In this document: in pieces, positions 12,420 through 23,777 of the stretch
Layout: every line of letters starts with the position of its first letter
Numbering within the stretch: the first letter of the stretch is position 1
Origin: Mobula hypostoma
Lineage: Eukaryota
Direction of reading: 5' to 3'
Assembly: GCF_963921235.1 (NCBI RefSeq)
Contig: NC_086097.1
Location: 155,250,001-155,314,000, forward strand
Length of the DNA: 64,000 nucleotides
The notes under the pieces: model-generated
Databases searched by the model: none
Told to the model about the DNA's origin: nothing
What the model saw: only the letters and a program-made list of their open reading frames with translations
Translations under genes and position numbers: made by a program

Positions 12420-13830
12420 TCTGGGACAGAGTCATACAGCAGGGAAACAGGCCATTCAGACCATCTTGTCCATGCCAAAGGAGTTGCCCAGTGAGCTGGT
12501 TGTATCTGTCTGTATTTGGCCCATGGCCCTCTGAACCTCTCCTGTCCATGTACTTATCAAGATGCTTTTAAACAATGCTGATGCCCCCGCCTCAACCACT
12601 ATCTTGGGTAACTCATTGTGAATACACACCACTCGTTGCAGGAAAAGATGCCCCTGATGTACTCTTAGCTATGATCAGAAACCTATCCCTCTTGAAGTAG
12701 CACCCTACCCCTGGGAAAAAAGACTGTGTGCGTTTACTCTGCTTATGACCCTTGTAGTCTGACACGCTTCTTACATGTTGCCTCCTAAATCTCATAGTTT
12801 CCAGGGGATAAAATCTATTTATGCAACCTTTCATCGTAACTCCTGCCCCTAAGTCTAAGCAGCATCCTGGCAAATCTGTTCTGCACTCTTCCCTGTTTAA
12901 TAATGCAAGACCAAAATAGGAGCAGAGTTAGGCCATTTGACCCAGTGAGTCTGCTCCACCATGGCTGATCCATTTTCCCTGTAGCCCCATTCTCCTGCCT
13001 TCTGCCCATATCCCTTCTTGTCCTGAAGAATCAAGAATCTGTCAACCACTCCCTTAAGTACATGGAAATACTTGGCCTCCACAGCCACCCGTGACAATGA
13101 ATTCCAGATTCACCACCCTCTGGCAAAAGATATTTTCCCCCACCTCCATTCTAAAACGACACCCCTCTATTGTGAGGCTTTGTTCTTTGGTCCAAGACTC
13201 TCCAACCATAGGAAACATCCTTTTCACATCCACTCTACTGAGGCCTTTCAACATTCAACTGGTTTCAGTTAGGCCACCCCTCATTCTTCTGATTTCCAGT
13301 GAATATAGGCCCAGGGCCATCAAACGCTCTTCACATGACAAGCCATTCACAATGGGAATCATTTTCATGAACCTTCTTTGAAGCCTCTCCAGTGTTAGCA
13401 CATCCTTTCTGAGCCCAAAACTGCTCATAATAATCCAAGTGAGGCCTCACCAGTGCTTTATGCAGCTTCAACATTAAATCCTTGCTTTTATATTCACATC
13501 ATCTTGAAATGAACACACACATCATTCTGCCTTCCTCACCACTGACTCAAACTGCAAATTAAATTTTAGAGAATCATGCACAAGGACTCCCACGTCCTTT
13601 GAGCCTCAGACTTCTGAATTTTCTCTTCATTTAGAAAATATTCTCCCTTTTTATTTCTTCCACCAAAGTGCATTACGATACATTTCCAGACACTATATAC
13701 CATCTGCCACTTCCTTGCCCATTCTCTTCATCTGTCTAAGTGCTACTATAGCCTCTCCAATTCCTCAACACTACCTGCCCCTCCACCTATCTTCATATTG
13801 TCTGCAAATGTAGCCAGAAAGCCATCAGTT
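12420..13830 (-). mobile_element. CR1-type LINE 3' fragments
   Basis: LKGLSRVDVKRMFPMVGESWTKEQSL...NIFCQRVVNL and CR1 3' tails; duplicated at ~51110..52485. Confidence 0.8.
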
Positions 13831-14519
13831 CCATTTTGTCAGATAAGATTTAATTTGGCTGTTTTGACACTGATCAACAGAAAAGACTCTTCCATTTCAA
13901 AGTGCCAACAGATCTTAACAAAGTGATCTTCCAGAACCCCGATTCCAGCCTCAACTTCCAGAAACACGATTCTTCCTCAGGAATTGATCCTTGGCAAAGA
14001 TCCAAAGGCAAGACCGATCACCAAACAATGGGAGTTCAAACTCTGGACTCATCAGTGGTGAACACTGAATGTCTAACTCCATTCTCATCAATTTAGGCAT
14101 CCAGGGGGTTACTGGAATTCATTCCTCCTGCCAACATAGAACTCAGACTCCAGAACCCGCTGACAGCTCTCTGTGAGTACACTGGGGAATTCAAAGGCAG
14201 AACATCTGCGAACCTATGAGTCTGCTGGAAGTTATGTTCAGTCTCGTTCTGTTGAACATTGTGGGAATGCTCTGTTGTCATCACTGTAACTTTTTCTGTA
14301 CATGTGACTCCAGAGGACCCAGAGAAAACCCATCTATTCCACAGTGAGAACGTATAGGGACACCTTACAGAGATGGCAGGATTTTAACACCAAAATCCAA
14401 CTCCCTGAGCTTTAATAATGTCGTATTAACTGCTCTGCGATCACGGTGTCCTGGTTGTTAACACAAACGACATATTTCACTCCATCTTTCTCTGTACATG
14501 CGGGAAATGAAAGAATCTG

Positions 14520-14870
14520 AATGTGAATGACTAAAGAAGGGAGGGAGTGAATGACTGAAAGAAGGAAGAGTGAGGAAGAGGATGAATGAGGGAGTGAGCA
14601 AGGAAGGGTGAGGTGAGTGAGCAAATGTACAAGAGAGGGAGTGAATATGAGAGGGCAGAAGGGAGAGTGAGCAAAGCTGAGTGAGTAAGTAACGAAGGGA
14701 ATGAATATGAGAGGGAAGGATGTGAGTGAGTGAGGGAGGGTATGATGGAGGAAGCCAAAAAATGAGGTAATTGGGTGAATGAATGAGCAAGGATGAGAGA
14801 GATCGAATGAGTGGACAAGGAATAGAGAGAAGGAATTCAGTGAATGTGAACTAAGGAAGGGAGAGGGGAC
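14520..14870 (+). repeat. Purine-rich low-complexity tract (degenerate GAGT/GAAT/GAGG units)
   Basis: Visible gagtgaatga/gagggagtga repeats directly beside the PLCD linker-exon donor; duplicated at ~53175..53525. Confidence 0.85.
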
Positions 14871-14874
14871 CTAC

Positions 14875-15017
14875 CTTTTCTTCAAGGTTCGGCTTCCTTG
14901 CATCCTCCTGCATTTCAGCAGCCTCATCTTCATCCGAGACCTCGTCATTCTCTGAGATGTGAATTCTTCCAATCGATCTACCTTCTTGAGCTTCACCTGG
15001 ATCTTTCCCTTTAGGTG
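14875..15017 (-). pseudogene. PLCD1: PLC-delta X-box end / X-Y linker exon with a net -1 frameshift (copy A)
   Basis: ctacag|...|gtaggt, 143 nt. The start reads HLKGKIQVKLKK (cf. QLKGKILLKGKK). The end, in another frame, reads EVSDEDEAAEMQEDARKPNLEEK (cf. VSDEDEAAEMEDEAVR). Confidence 0.88.
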
Positions 15018-16651
15018 CTGTAGCCATCACAAGACCAAGAAGGAACAACTGAGTGAGAACAGAGTCATACAGCACAGCAACAGGCTCTTCAGCCCAACTC
15101 CTCCATGCTGACTAAGATTTCCATCTGGACTCACTTGTCAGTGTTTACCCTGTAACCCTCTTGAACTTTCCAACCCACGTACCTGCTCAAGTATCTTTTA
15201 AGTGTTGTTTATATATTCACTTCCTCACCTGGGAACACATTCCATATACTGAGGACACTCTGAGTGAAAAAGTTTCCCCTCAGGTTCCTACTAAATCCCT
15301 TACCCTCGCCCCTAAGTCCTGTAGTTCTTGATACCTGAACCCTGGGTAAAAGAAGCTGTGTCTGCATTCACCCTTTCTATACCCCTCATGATTTTATACA
15401 CCTCAATAATATTGAGTACACCAAGGATGGCCTGTCCAGGGGTTGGAGGTGTGTATATGTACATGTCTGTGCGTTAGGAGAGAATCTGATGCTGTGGACT
15501 CTTGGCACACCATTGCTGAATCCACTCATTCTCGCACGATCTGAAATGTTCCCTTGTTCAGATATACTTTCCATCTCAGGAGCAATGAGTAGTATTTCTG
15601 CCTCATTCCAGTGTCAACTTGTGTATCTCCAGAATATATATATTTATTCTCTGTTAATATAATTGTGTTATTATTTTATGTGCTGTATGTGATATATGTA
15701 CTACGTATTGCACCCTGGTCCCCGACGAACATTGTTTAATTTGCCTAATACATGTGCATGGTTAAATGACAATAAAATTGAACTTGAACTTAACCATGAA
15801 CTTTCAGGTACCTATATATTTTTACTCCTAGGTCCTTCTGTTCTACAGCACTCTCCAGGGTTCTGCCATACACTGTAAAGGTGCTATTCTGGTTTGACTT
15901 CCCCAAAAAAAAACATTCATCTAAATTAAAATCCTTGCCATTTGCCAGCATTCTTGCATTCATCTAAATTAAACTCCATTTGCCATTCCTCAGGCCACAT
16001 ACCCAGCTGATCAAGATCCCTCTATAAATCCTGATACCATTTTCACTGTGATAGCCAAATCACCATAATATATAGGAGCAGAATTATGCCAGTCATCACA
16101 TTAAGTCTGCTCCATCATTCCATTATGGCTGATTTGTCGAACATAGAGATGAGGAGGCATTTCTTCAGCCTGACTGTGGTGAATCTGTGGAATTTCATTA
16201 CCACAGGCAACCGTGGAGGCCAAGTCTTACATATATTTAAGGCAGAGGTTGATAGGTCTTGATCGGTCATGGCATGAAAGGATATGGGGACAAGGCAGCA
16301 GTTTGGGGCTGAAAGGAAAAAAACAATCAGCCATAATGAAATGCCAGCAGACTCGATGGGATAAATACCTCAATTCTGCCCCTATATCTTATGGTCTTAT
16401 GATTATGGGGAGAATGGGGTTGCAGGTTGGGCACTTGGGAATGTGCTGCCTGGGGCAGTAGCAGAGGCAAATACAAAAGAGGCACTTGGAAGTTTCTTAG
16501 GCAGGCAATTGACTCTGCAGAGAATTCAAGAATCTGAGTATTGTGTAAACAGAAGGGATTAGTTTGCTCAGGCATTGAGTTACTCGTTTAATTAGTTCAT
16601 AACAACATCAGTTCAGGTGGGACAAAGTGCCTGTTCTTGAGTTGTCCTGTT

Positions 16652-16900
16652 CTACACTCATTGGCTACTTTATTTGGTACACTTGTACACCTGCTCGTTA
16701 CTTCAAACATCTAATCAACTAATCACATGGCAGCAACTTAATGCATAAAAGTATGCAGATGTGGTCAAGAGGTTCAGTTATTGTTCAGACCAAACAGCAG
16801 AAATTTGAATAAATGTGACCCAAGTGACATCAACTGTTGAATAATTGCTGGTGCCAGGTGGGGTGGTTGGAGCATCTCAGAAATTGGAGATCTGGTAACA
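16652..16900 (+). mobile_element. Tc1/mariner-like DNA transposon 5' remnant
   Basis: tacactcattggctactttatttggtacac terminus and decayed aagtgac...ttgctggtgccagg...agcatctcagaaa, homologous to 31090..31260. Confidence 0.55.
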
Positions 16901-17172
16901 TTCATAAGGAGAATGCACATCATTTCTGCGAGTGCACATCTTTTCTCCGAGTGTTCCATTTTCCCTCCCACAGTACAAAGACATACTTGTTAATAGGTTA
17001 ATAGCAACCTATAGGTTAATATTAACTTATTGTAAATTGTCCTATAATTAGGCGGCGTTAAATAGGTGTGTTGTTGGGCAGTGTGCTTGAAGGGCCAGAA
17101 AGACCTATTCCGCGCTGTACCTCTCAATAAAAGTAATTGAATAAATTTAATCATTAAAATACAGTACAGTCC

Positions 17173-17251
17173 CTTGAACAGGTCCACTGCACACATACTG
17201 TCCATATCTCTGTTCATCATCTGCATAAACTGCTTCATTTCTTTCAGACTC
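17173..17251 (-). pseudogene. PLCD1: PLC-delta EF-hand exon, 3' part (copy A)
   Basis: SLKEMKQFMQMMNRDMDSMCAVDLFK versus recalled [26 protein letters not shown]. The expected donor after FK reads GG, not GT. It lies just downstream of the PH exon remnant, as expected. Confidence 0.7.
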
Positions 17252-17902
17252 CTGGTAAGAGGCTGTTAGGTGCATCAATATGCATCAGTAACACAAACAA
17301 AGCACAAGTCAGGCAGCATCTATGCAAATGAATGAACAGTCGACATTTCGGGACAAGAACCTATATCAGAACTGGAATGATGGGGAAGATGCCAGAGAAA
17401 GGTGGTGGGGATGGGGGAAGCAACACAACCTAGAAGGTGATAATTGAAGACAGTGGCTGGGGGAGGGAGGATGAAGTCAACAGCTGGGAGGTGATAGGGA
17501 CAAAAGGTAGAGGGCTGGAGATGAAAGAATGTGATAGGAGAAGAGAGTGGACCATGGATAAAAGGGAAAGAGGTAGGACAATAGGTGATAGGCAGATGAG
17601 GAGGTAGGAAGAGGCCCGATGGGGGAACTGAAGAGAGGAGAGGAGAGGGAGGGAAAAATACTGGAAGCAGTGAATTCTGATGGAGGGTCTTAGCATAAAA
17701 TCATTTTTTAATATTTCTTAGTTACAATAAACCTGATTCTAATTCTGTGCTCCCATACCTTTATGTACCTTGTGTACTTCTAAGTCAGGATACGTGCCTT
17801 GGAGGAGAAGTGGTTCCCATGTCCTGCTGCCTGTGACTTCTACAGGGGGCTGAGCTTTCAGGCCACTGTCAGAGAAGACAATGGCCACTTAGTACAAGAT
17901 AC

Positions 17903-17998
17903 TGGCCAGCTGCTCGCTCGGCTTCATGCCAGAGTTTCTGTTCTTCAGTTTAATAAGGCCATTGTTCCAGTGCTGGGCCTCCTTGGCGCTGTTGACAA
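17903..17998 (-). pseudogene. PLCD1: PLC-delta PH-domain exon, 3' half (copy A)
   Basis: VVNSAKEAQHWNNGLIKLKNRNSGMKPSEQLA, homologous to the 4470..4570 segment. The 5' half is replaced by CR1 sequence from ~18000. Confidence 0.82.
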
Positions 17999-17999
17999 C

Positions 18000-18570
18000 T
18001 GCAGGGATTGGTATTAGGACAGCTTCTTTTCAATTTGTATGTCAATGATTTGGACGACGGACTTGATATGTGGCCAAGTTTGCAGACAATGATACAAAGA
18101 CAGGTGGGGGGGGCAGGTAGTAGTGAGGAAACAGAGACTCTGCAGAAAGTCTTAGACAGATGAGGAGAATGGGCAAAGAAGTGGCAGATGGCATACCATG
18201 TCGGGAAATGTATGGTCATGTAATTTGGTCAAAGGAGTAAGGGCATAGACAATTTTCTAAATGGGATGATAATTAAAGATTCAGAGGTACAAAGGGATTG
18301 GAAGTCCTTCAGTAAAATTCCAAAAGCTTAACTTGCATGTTGAGTCAGTGGTAAGGAAGGCATTCCTTTTCAGAGGAATGGATAGCATTCATTTCTAGAG
18401 GACAAGAACATAAAAGCAAGGATGTAATGCTGAGGGTCTATGAGGCATTGGTCAAATTACACGAAGTATTGTGAATAGTTTTAGGGGCCCTAATCTCAGA
18501 AAAGATGTATGGCATTGGAGAGGATCCAGAAAAGGTTCATGAGAATGATTCTTAGAATAAAAGGATTCAT
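18000..18570 (+). mobile_element. CR1-type LINE RT fragment truncating the PLCD PH exon
   Basis: Decayed NDLD/KFAD and ALERIQKRFMRMI motifs. Confidence 0.75.
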
Positions 18571-19269
18571 GTATAGTGGTGCTGGGAAGTTTGTGAACTT
18601 TGTAGAATTTTCTCGATTTCTGCATTCTCCTCCTCCATCTCATGGAGACCGTTCTAACTGGTTGCATCACCCCCTTGCTATCGATGAGCCACTGCACAGA
18701 ATTGGAAAAAGCTACTGAGGGCTGTAATCTGACTCATCTCGATCATGTGGTCTAGCCTCCCCAGCATCAAGGACATCTTCAGACAGTGATGCCTCAGAAA
18801 TGTGGCATCCATCATTAAGAACGCCTAACACCCAGGACGTGCCCTCTTCTCATTACTACCATCAGGGAGGTAGTACAGGGGTCTCAAGACAAGCACTCAA
18901 CATTTTAGGAACAGTTTCTTTCCCTCCAACATCAGATTCTAAAACATTCAATGAACCCATGAGTAATACTTCATATTTTTGCTCTGTATTGCACCATTTA
19001 TTTATTATTTTAATTTGGAGTATATTTTATGTATTGCACTGTGTTGCTCCCACAAAACCACTAATTTTATATCAATGTCATTGATAATCAACATGATGGA
19101 GATTTTGAAGTGTAAGAGGCACAGAGAAAAAGCAATACAGGTAAAACGTTAATAGAACAGATCATAACGAATCCTATTTACCAGCGTTTGGCCCATATCC
19201 TTCTAAATCTTCCCTATCCATGCATATGTCCAGTCATTTTTCAAAGTTGGTATTGTATCTGGTCTGAGG

Positions 19270-20470
19270 AATACAGGGTAAACAGGAAGGGGAGAGACGG
19301 TTCTGTCCCAGCTGCATCGGTTCCTCTCCCAGGGTGGTGGGGACGGTCGGAGCAGGAGCTACACTTGCAGCAACTGGGGAAGGGAGGCTGGCTGAGACTG
19401 ATAAGGTGGACCGTGGGCTTCCCCGAGGAGCGTGGCGACTGGTTCTTTCTCTCAGCCGCTCTTGAAGTCGATTATCTCCTCTAGTGGCTAGCGAGATCAG
19501 GGAGAGCAGACAGTCCGGTTCATCCCTCGCTGCCAGTTCATCCTTTATCTTGTCCGAGAGACCCTGTTGAAACACCTCCCGCAGGGCCTCGTCATTCCAC
19601 CCTGAGTCTGCGGCGAAGGTCCGGAACTCGATGGAATACCCTGCTACGCTTCGCGAACTCTGACACAGAGTCAGCAAGCGTTTAGCGGCGTCCTTACCAC
19701 GAATGGGTTGTTCGAAGACCTTCCTCATTTCAGCAACAAAGGAGGGGAAGGAGGAACAAACCTCTGGTCGGTTATCCCATATCGCGGTTACCCAAGCCAA
19801 GGCATCCCCTTGGAACAGCCCATGATGTACGCAATCTTGGATTTATCTGAAGTGTAGGTACGTGGCTGTAGCTCAAAGACCAGAGAGCATTGTAAGAGGA
19901 AGGCCCGGAACCTCCCTAGGTCCCCAGCGTAGGGTTCGGGTTCGGGCTGGGGCTCGGGTACACATGGCTCTCAAGGGGACTGTGGTGCTGATCCAGGGGC
20001 GACGCCATCCCGCGCGGTGCAGGTTGGGTAGTCGGGGTTCCTGGCGGGAACGGAAACTCAGTCCACCTGCTCACTGACCTTCTGTACATTTGTGGAGAGC
20101 GGCCGAAGGTTTTCCGTCACCTCCTTAAGTAGTTGGTCATGGGCGCCCAGTAGGTAGCCCTGGCTGACGAAGGCCTCTTCTACCAGATCCGTGTCCGCTG
20201 GGTTCATTATGGCCAGTTTGTTCCGTTACACGAGCATGGCGGTGGACGACCCCAAGTGCAGAACACGGGACGGGGGCAGAGTCGGGAGGCGATATTGCCG
20301 TCCCGAGCGTGGAATCGGTTTCCAGTAGAGTCTTTACCCCAAGTCTTGGCTTTGGAGAGAATCCAGGAGCGATGCTAGACTTAGAACCAGTTACTCACAC
20401 CGGAGTCAACCAACGAACTGGCAGCTTCTCCTATTTCCGGCGGTTTAGACGCATCTAGGCGTATTACTGC
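19270..20470 (-). mobile_element. Gypsy (sushi/PEG10-like) LTR retrotransposon gag, truncated
   Basis: ATG at 20207 (MNPADTD); AWVTAIWD, QSSRSVAGYSIEFRTFAADSGWNDEALREVFQQGLSDKIKDEL and EPMQLG motifs; frameshifted, GC-rich. Confidence 0.88.
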
Positions 20471-20585
20471 ACTCCCGCAGGATGTATAATTAATTATTAT
20501 TCTGCTTGCAAATAGTGTATGTGCTCATTAAATAGCAACGCCGCAGATTGTTTTTATATATACACATACACACACACAATCTCCA

Positions 20586-21800
20586 TTAATTTCCCACCTC
20601 TCCTGCCTGTGAACTGTTCGATCCTCCATTCAGCGTATCTTTGACTATTTCCCACCTAAGCCCTGTAATACCAAGATATTTTTCAGCAGACTTGACTATA
20701 ATTTTAGTTTTTTCAGTTCTTTTGTCTGTTTGTACTGAACAATTAATTACATCTACCATAAACAGTACAAAATCCTTCTTACTCATAATTAGTGTGTCCT
20801 TATTTATCATATTTCAACCCTCACAGTTCACTGGTTTATTATTCCCTGTATTTGTTTGCTTGATAGCCTTTATTCCAGCAACTACTTTCACTGCCTCTAC
20901 GTAACTGATCCCTTGAGTTACTTTTACATATTGTATCTCAACTTCTTTCTTGCTAATAATGCACCCTTAATAAGCTACACTTTCCTCACCACAATTGCAG
21001 CATTTCAGCCTGGCTCCCGCCTCACATTTCCCATATTCATGTTCTCCAGGGCATCTTCCACATCTTTGTTTCCCTCTGCAGACCGCCGCAACAAGGCCGA
21101 ATTTCTGACATTTAAAGCATCTTAAAGGCAGTGGTATATATATTCTGACCTCATAACACATGTACCATAAATAAACTTTAGTCGGCAATCTCGCTTCATC
21201 AAAGTTGATCATAACCAATAAACTATCACACTTTTTCCCATTTCTTGTAAATTTCAAACGTTTAGAATCAATAATTTTTGCATCTTTTATGTTCTGTTTA
21301 ATCTCATCCATAGTAACTTTTGTTGGTATACCTGAACTAATTCCTCCAGTCCACTTTCTATTGTTGGGTATTGAGCATTGTTCTTTTTTGCCATCTATTT
21401 TATTTAATCTCATCACTTTGCCTTGTTGAGCACTGTCCAACAAATCACTAATAGCGATCCATTTCGTGAAATCTTTGCTTTTTTGACTTCACCTATAAGT
21501 TTGTTGGTTATCTTTGTCAAATGAATCGGGTTCCATTCACCAAAAGATGCTCCGTCTTTGCTCAGTGTTATAATTGCTTTAATCTCATCTTCTTTCCGTT
21601 GTTTTGTTATCCTATTTTGTTTGTCCCCTGACTCCTTAGAGTTTAACATCTCCCTCAGTTTCCTTTCCTCACTCTCTTCATTCCATTCCTCAATCTCAAA
21701 CTCACTTTCACTATCCATCAACATGTTCATCCTACAGGATATTTTCTTCATCAACTCAGCAATTACAGCCTCTTTTCCAACTCCACACTCTCAGCCCTAG
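20586..21800 (-). mobile_element. Non-LTR retrotransposon ORF1 (I/Nimb-like) with CCHC zinc knuckles, frameshifted
   Basis: ISRNGSLLVIC and PLRCFKCQKFG(H)VAAVCRGKQRCGRCPGEHEYGKC...KCCNCG triple-knuckle pattern. Confidence 0.8.
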
Positions 21801-22158
21801 TTCTACGTTCCACTCCCCACTCATTCCAGCAGCTCCTTCTTGTGATCACAGGGTCTTTATCCTGCATTCTCTGAGAGAAAGCAGGTGTGTGCAGTTAGTG
21901 GAACCTGGGAATGATTGGAAATTAAATGAGGGGATTGAGGCCCAATTCCTGAGGTAAATTGTAAGGTGGGGGATTGCCAGAAGGGACCATGACACTTATG
22001 TTAGAAAGAATGTACTGAAACTGGAGAGGGTTCAAATGAGGTGAATTAAAATGATTCCAGTACGAAATACCTTGTCCAACAAAGAGCATTTGATGGCTCT
22101 GAGCCTGTATTGACTGGAATTCAGAAGAGTGAGGGATGACCTATTGAATGTTGAAAGG

Positions 22159-23777
22159 CAAACAACAGGAATTCTGCAGATGCTGGAAATTCAAGCAACA
22201 TACATCAAAGTTGCTGGTGAACGCAGCAGGCCAAGCAGCATCTATAGGAAGAGGCGCAGTCGACGTTTCAGGCCGAGACCCTTCGTCAGGACTAACTGAA
22301 GGAAGAGTGAGTAAGGGATTTGAAAGCTGGAGGGGGAGGGGGAGATGCAAAATGATAGGAGAAGACAGGAGGGGGAGGGATAGAGCCGAGAGCTGGACAG
22401 GTGATAGGCAAAAGGGGATACGAGAGGATCATGGGACAGGAGGTCCGGGAAGAAAGACAAGGGGGGGGTGACCCAGAGGATGGGCAAGAGGTATATTCAG
22501 AGGGACAGAGGGAGAAAAAGGAGAGTGAGAGAAAGAATGTGTGCATAAAAATGAGTAACAGATGGGGTACGAGGGGGAGGTGGGGCCTTAGCGGAAGTTA
22601 GAGAAGTCGATGTTCATGCCATCAGGTTGGAGGCTACCCAGACGGAATATAAGGTGTTGTTCCTCCAACCTGAGTGTGGCTTCATCTTTACAGTAGAGGA
22701 GGCCGTGGATAGACATGTCAGAATGGGAATGGGATGTGGAATTAAAATGTGTGGCCACTGGGAGATCCTGCTTTATCTGGCGGACAGAGCATAGATGTTC
22801 AGCAAAGCGGTCTCCCAGTCTGCGTCGGGTCTCACCAATATATAAAAGGCCACATCGGGAGCACCGGACGCAGTATATCACCCCAGTCGACTCACAGGTG
22901 AAGTGATGCCTCACCTGGAAGGACTGTTTGGGGCCCTGAATGGTGGTAAGGGAGGAAGTGTAAGGGCATGTGTAGCACTTGTTCCGCTTACACGGATAAG
23001 TGCCAGGAGGGAGATCAGTGGGGAGGGATGGGGGGGACGAATGGACAAGGGAGTTGTGTAGGGAGCGATCCCTGCAGAATGCAGAGAGAGGGGGGGAGGG
23101 AAAGATGTGCTTAGTGGTGGGATCCCGTTGGAGGTGGCGGAAGTTACGGAGAATAATATGTTGGACCCGGAGGCTGGTGGGGTGGTAGGTGAGAACCAGG
23201 GGAACCCTATTCCTAGTGGGGTGGTGGGAGGATGGAGTGAGAGCAGATGTACGTGAAATGGGGGAGATGCGTTTAAGAGCAGAGTTGATAGTGGAGGAAG
23301 GGAAGCCCCTTTCTTTAAAAAATGAAGACATCTCCGTTGTCCTAGAATAAAAGCCTCATCCTGAGAGCAGATGCGGCGGAGACGGAGGAATTGCGAGAAG
23401 GGGATGGCGTTTTTGCAAGAGACAGGGTGAGAAGAGGAATAGTCCAGATAGCTGTGAGAGTCAGTAGGCTTATAGTAGACATCAGTGGATAAGCTGTCTC
23501 CAGAGACAGAGACAGAAAGATCTAGAAAGGGGAGGGAGGTGTCGGAAATGGACCAGGTAAACTTGAGGGCAGGGTGAAAGTTGGAGGCAAAGTTAATAAA
23601 GTCAACGAGTTCTGCATGCGTGCAGGAAGCAGCGCCAATGCAGTCGTCGATGTAGCGAAGGAAAAGTGGGGGACAGATACCAGAATAGGCACGGAACATA
23701 GATTGTTCCACAAACCCAACAAAAAGGCAGGCATAGCTAGGACCCATACGGGTGCCCATAGCTACACCTTTAGTTTG
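22159..23777 (-). mobile_element. Penelope-like retrotransposon, 5'-truncated (partial RT + GIY-YIG endonuclease)
   Basis: RT motifs MGTRMGPSYACLF and LFLRYIDD (22911..23759). GIY-YIG motif VIYCVRCSRCGLLYIGETRRRLGDRFAEH (22588..23331). One frameshift near 23340. TSD gaatgttgaaagg at 22146..22158 and 23778..23790. Confidence 0.95.
22258..22293 (-). ncRNA. Minimal type I hammerhead ribozyme in the Penelope terminal repeat
   Basis: Minus strand reads AGTC-CTGACGA-AGG(GTCTCGG)CCT-GAAA-CGTC-GACT: core CUGANGA and GAAA boxes, stem I AGTC/GACT, stem II AGG/CCT, and a GUC cleavage triplet. Penelope-like elements are known to carry such motifs. Confidence 0.8.

Noticed and set aside
13881..14213. Exon-like unique sequence (plus KRLFHFKVP..., minus VRRCSAFEF...)
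   Set aside because: The frames stop early and show no recognisable homology; splice-like sites on both strands are not discriminating.
14412..14818. Ser/Leu/His-rich ORFs
   Set aside because: Artefacts of the low-complexity pyrimidine strand.
15386..15620. Possible PLC X-box exon between the EF and linker exons
   Set aside because: No X-box motifs in the frames I read.
19234..19800. Domesticated PEG10/RTL-like gag gene
   Set aside because: The gag is frameshifted upstream and truncated just after EPMQLG; it looks like an ordinary Gypsy relic.
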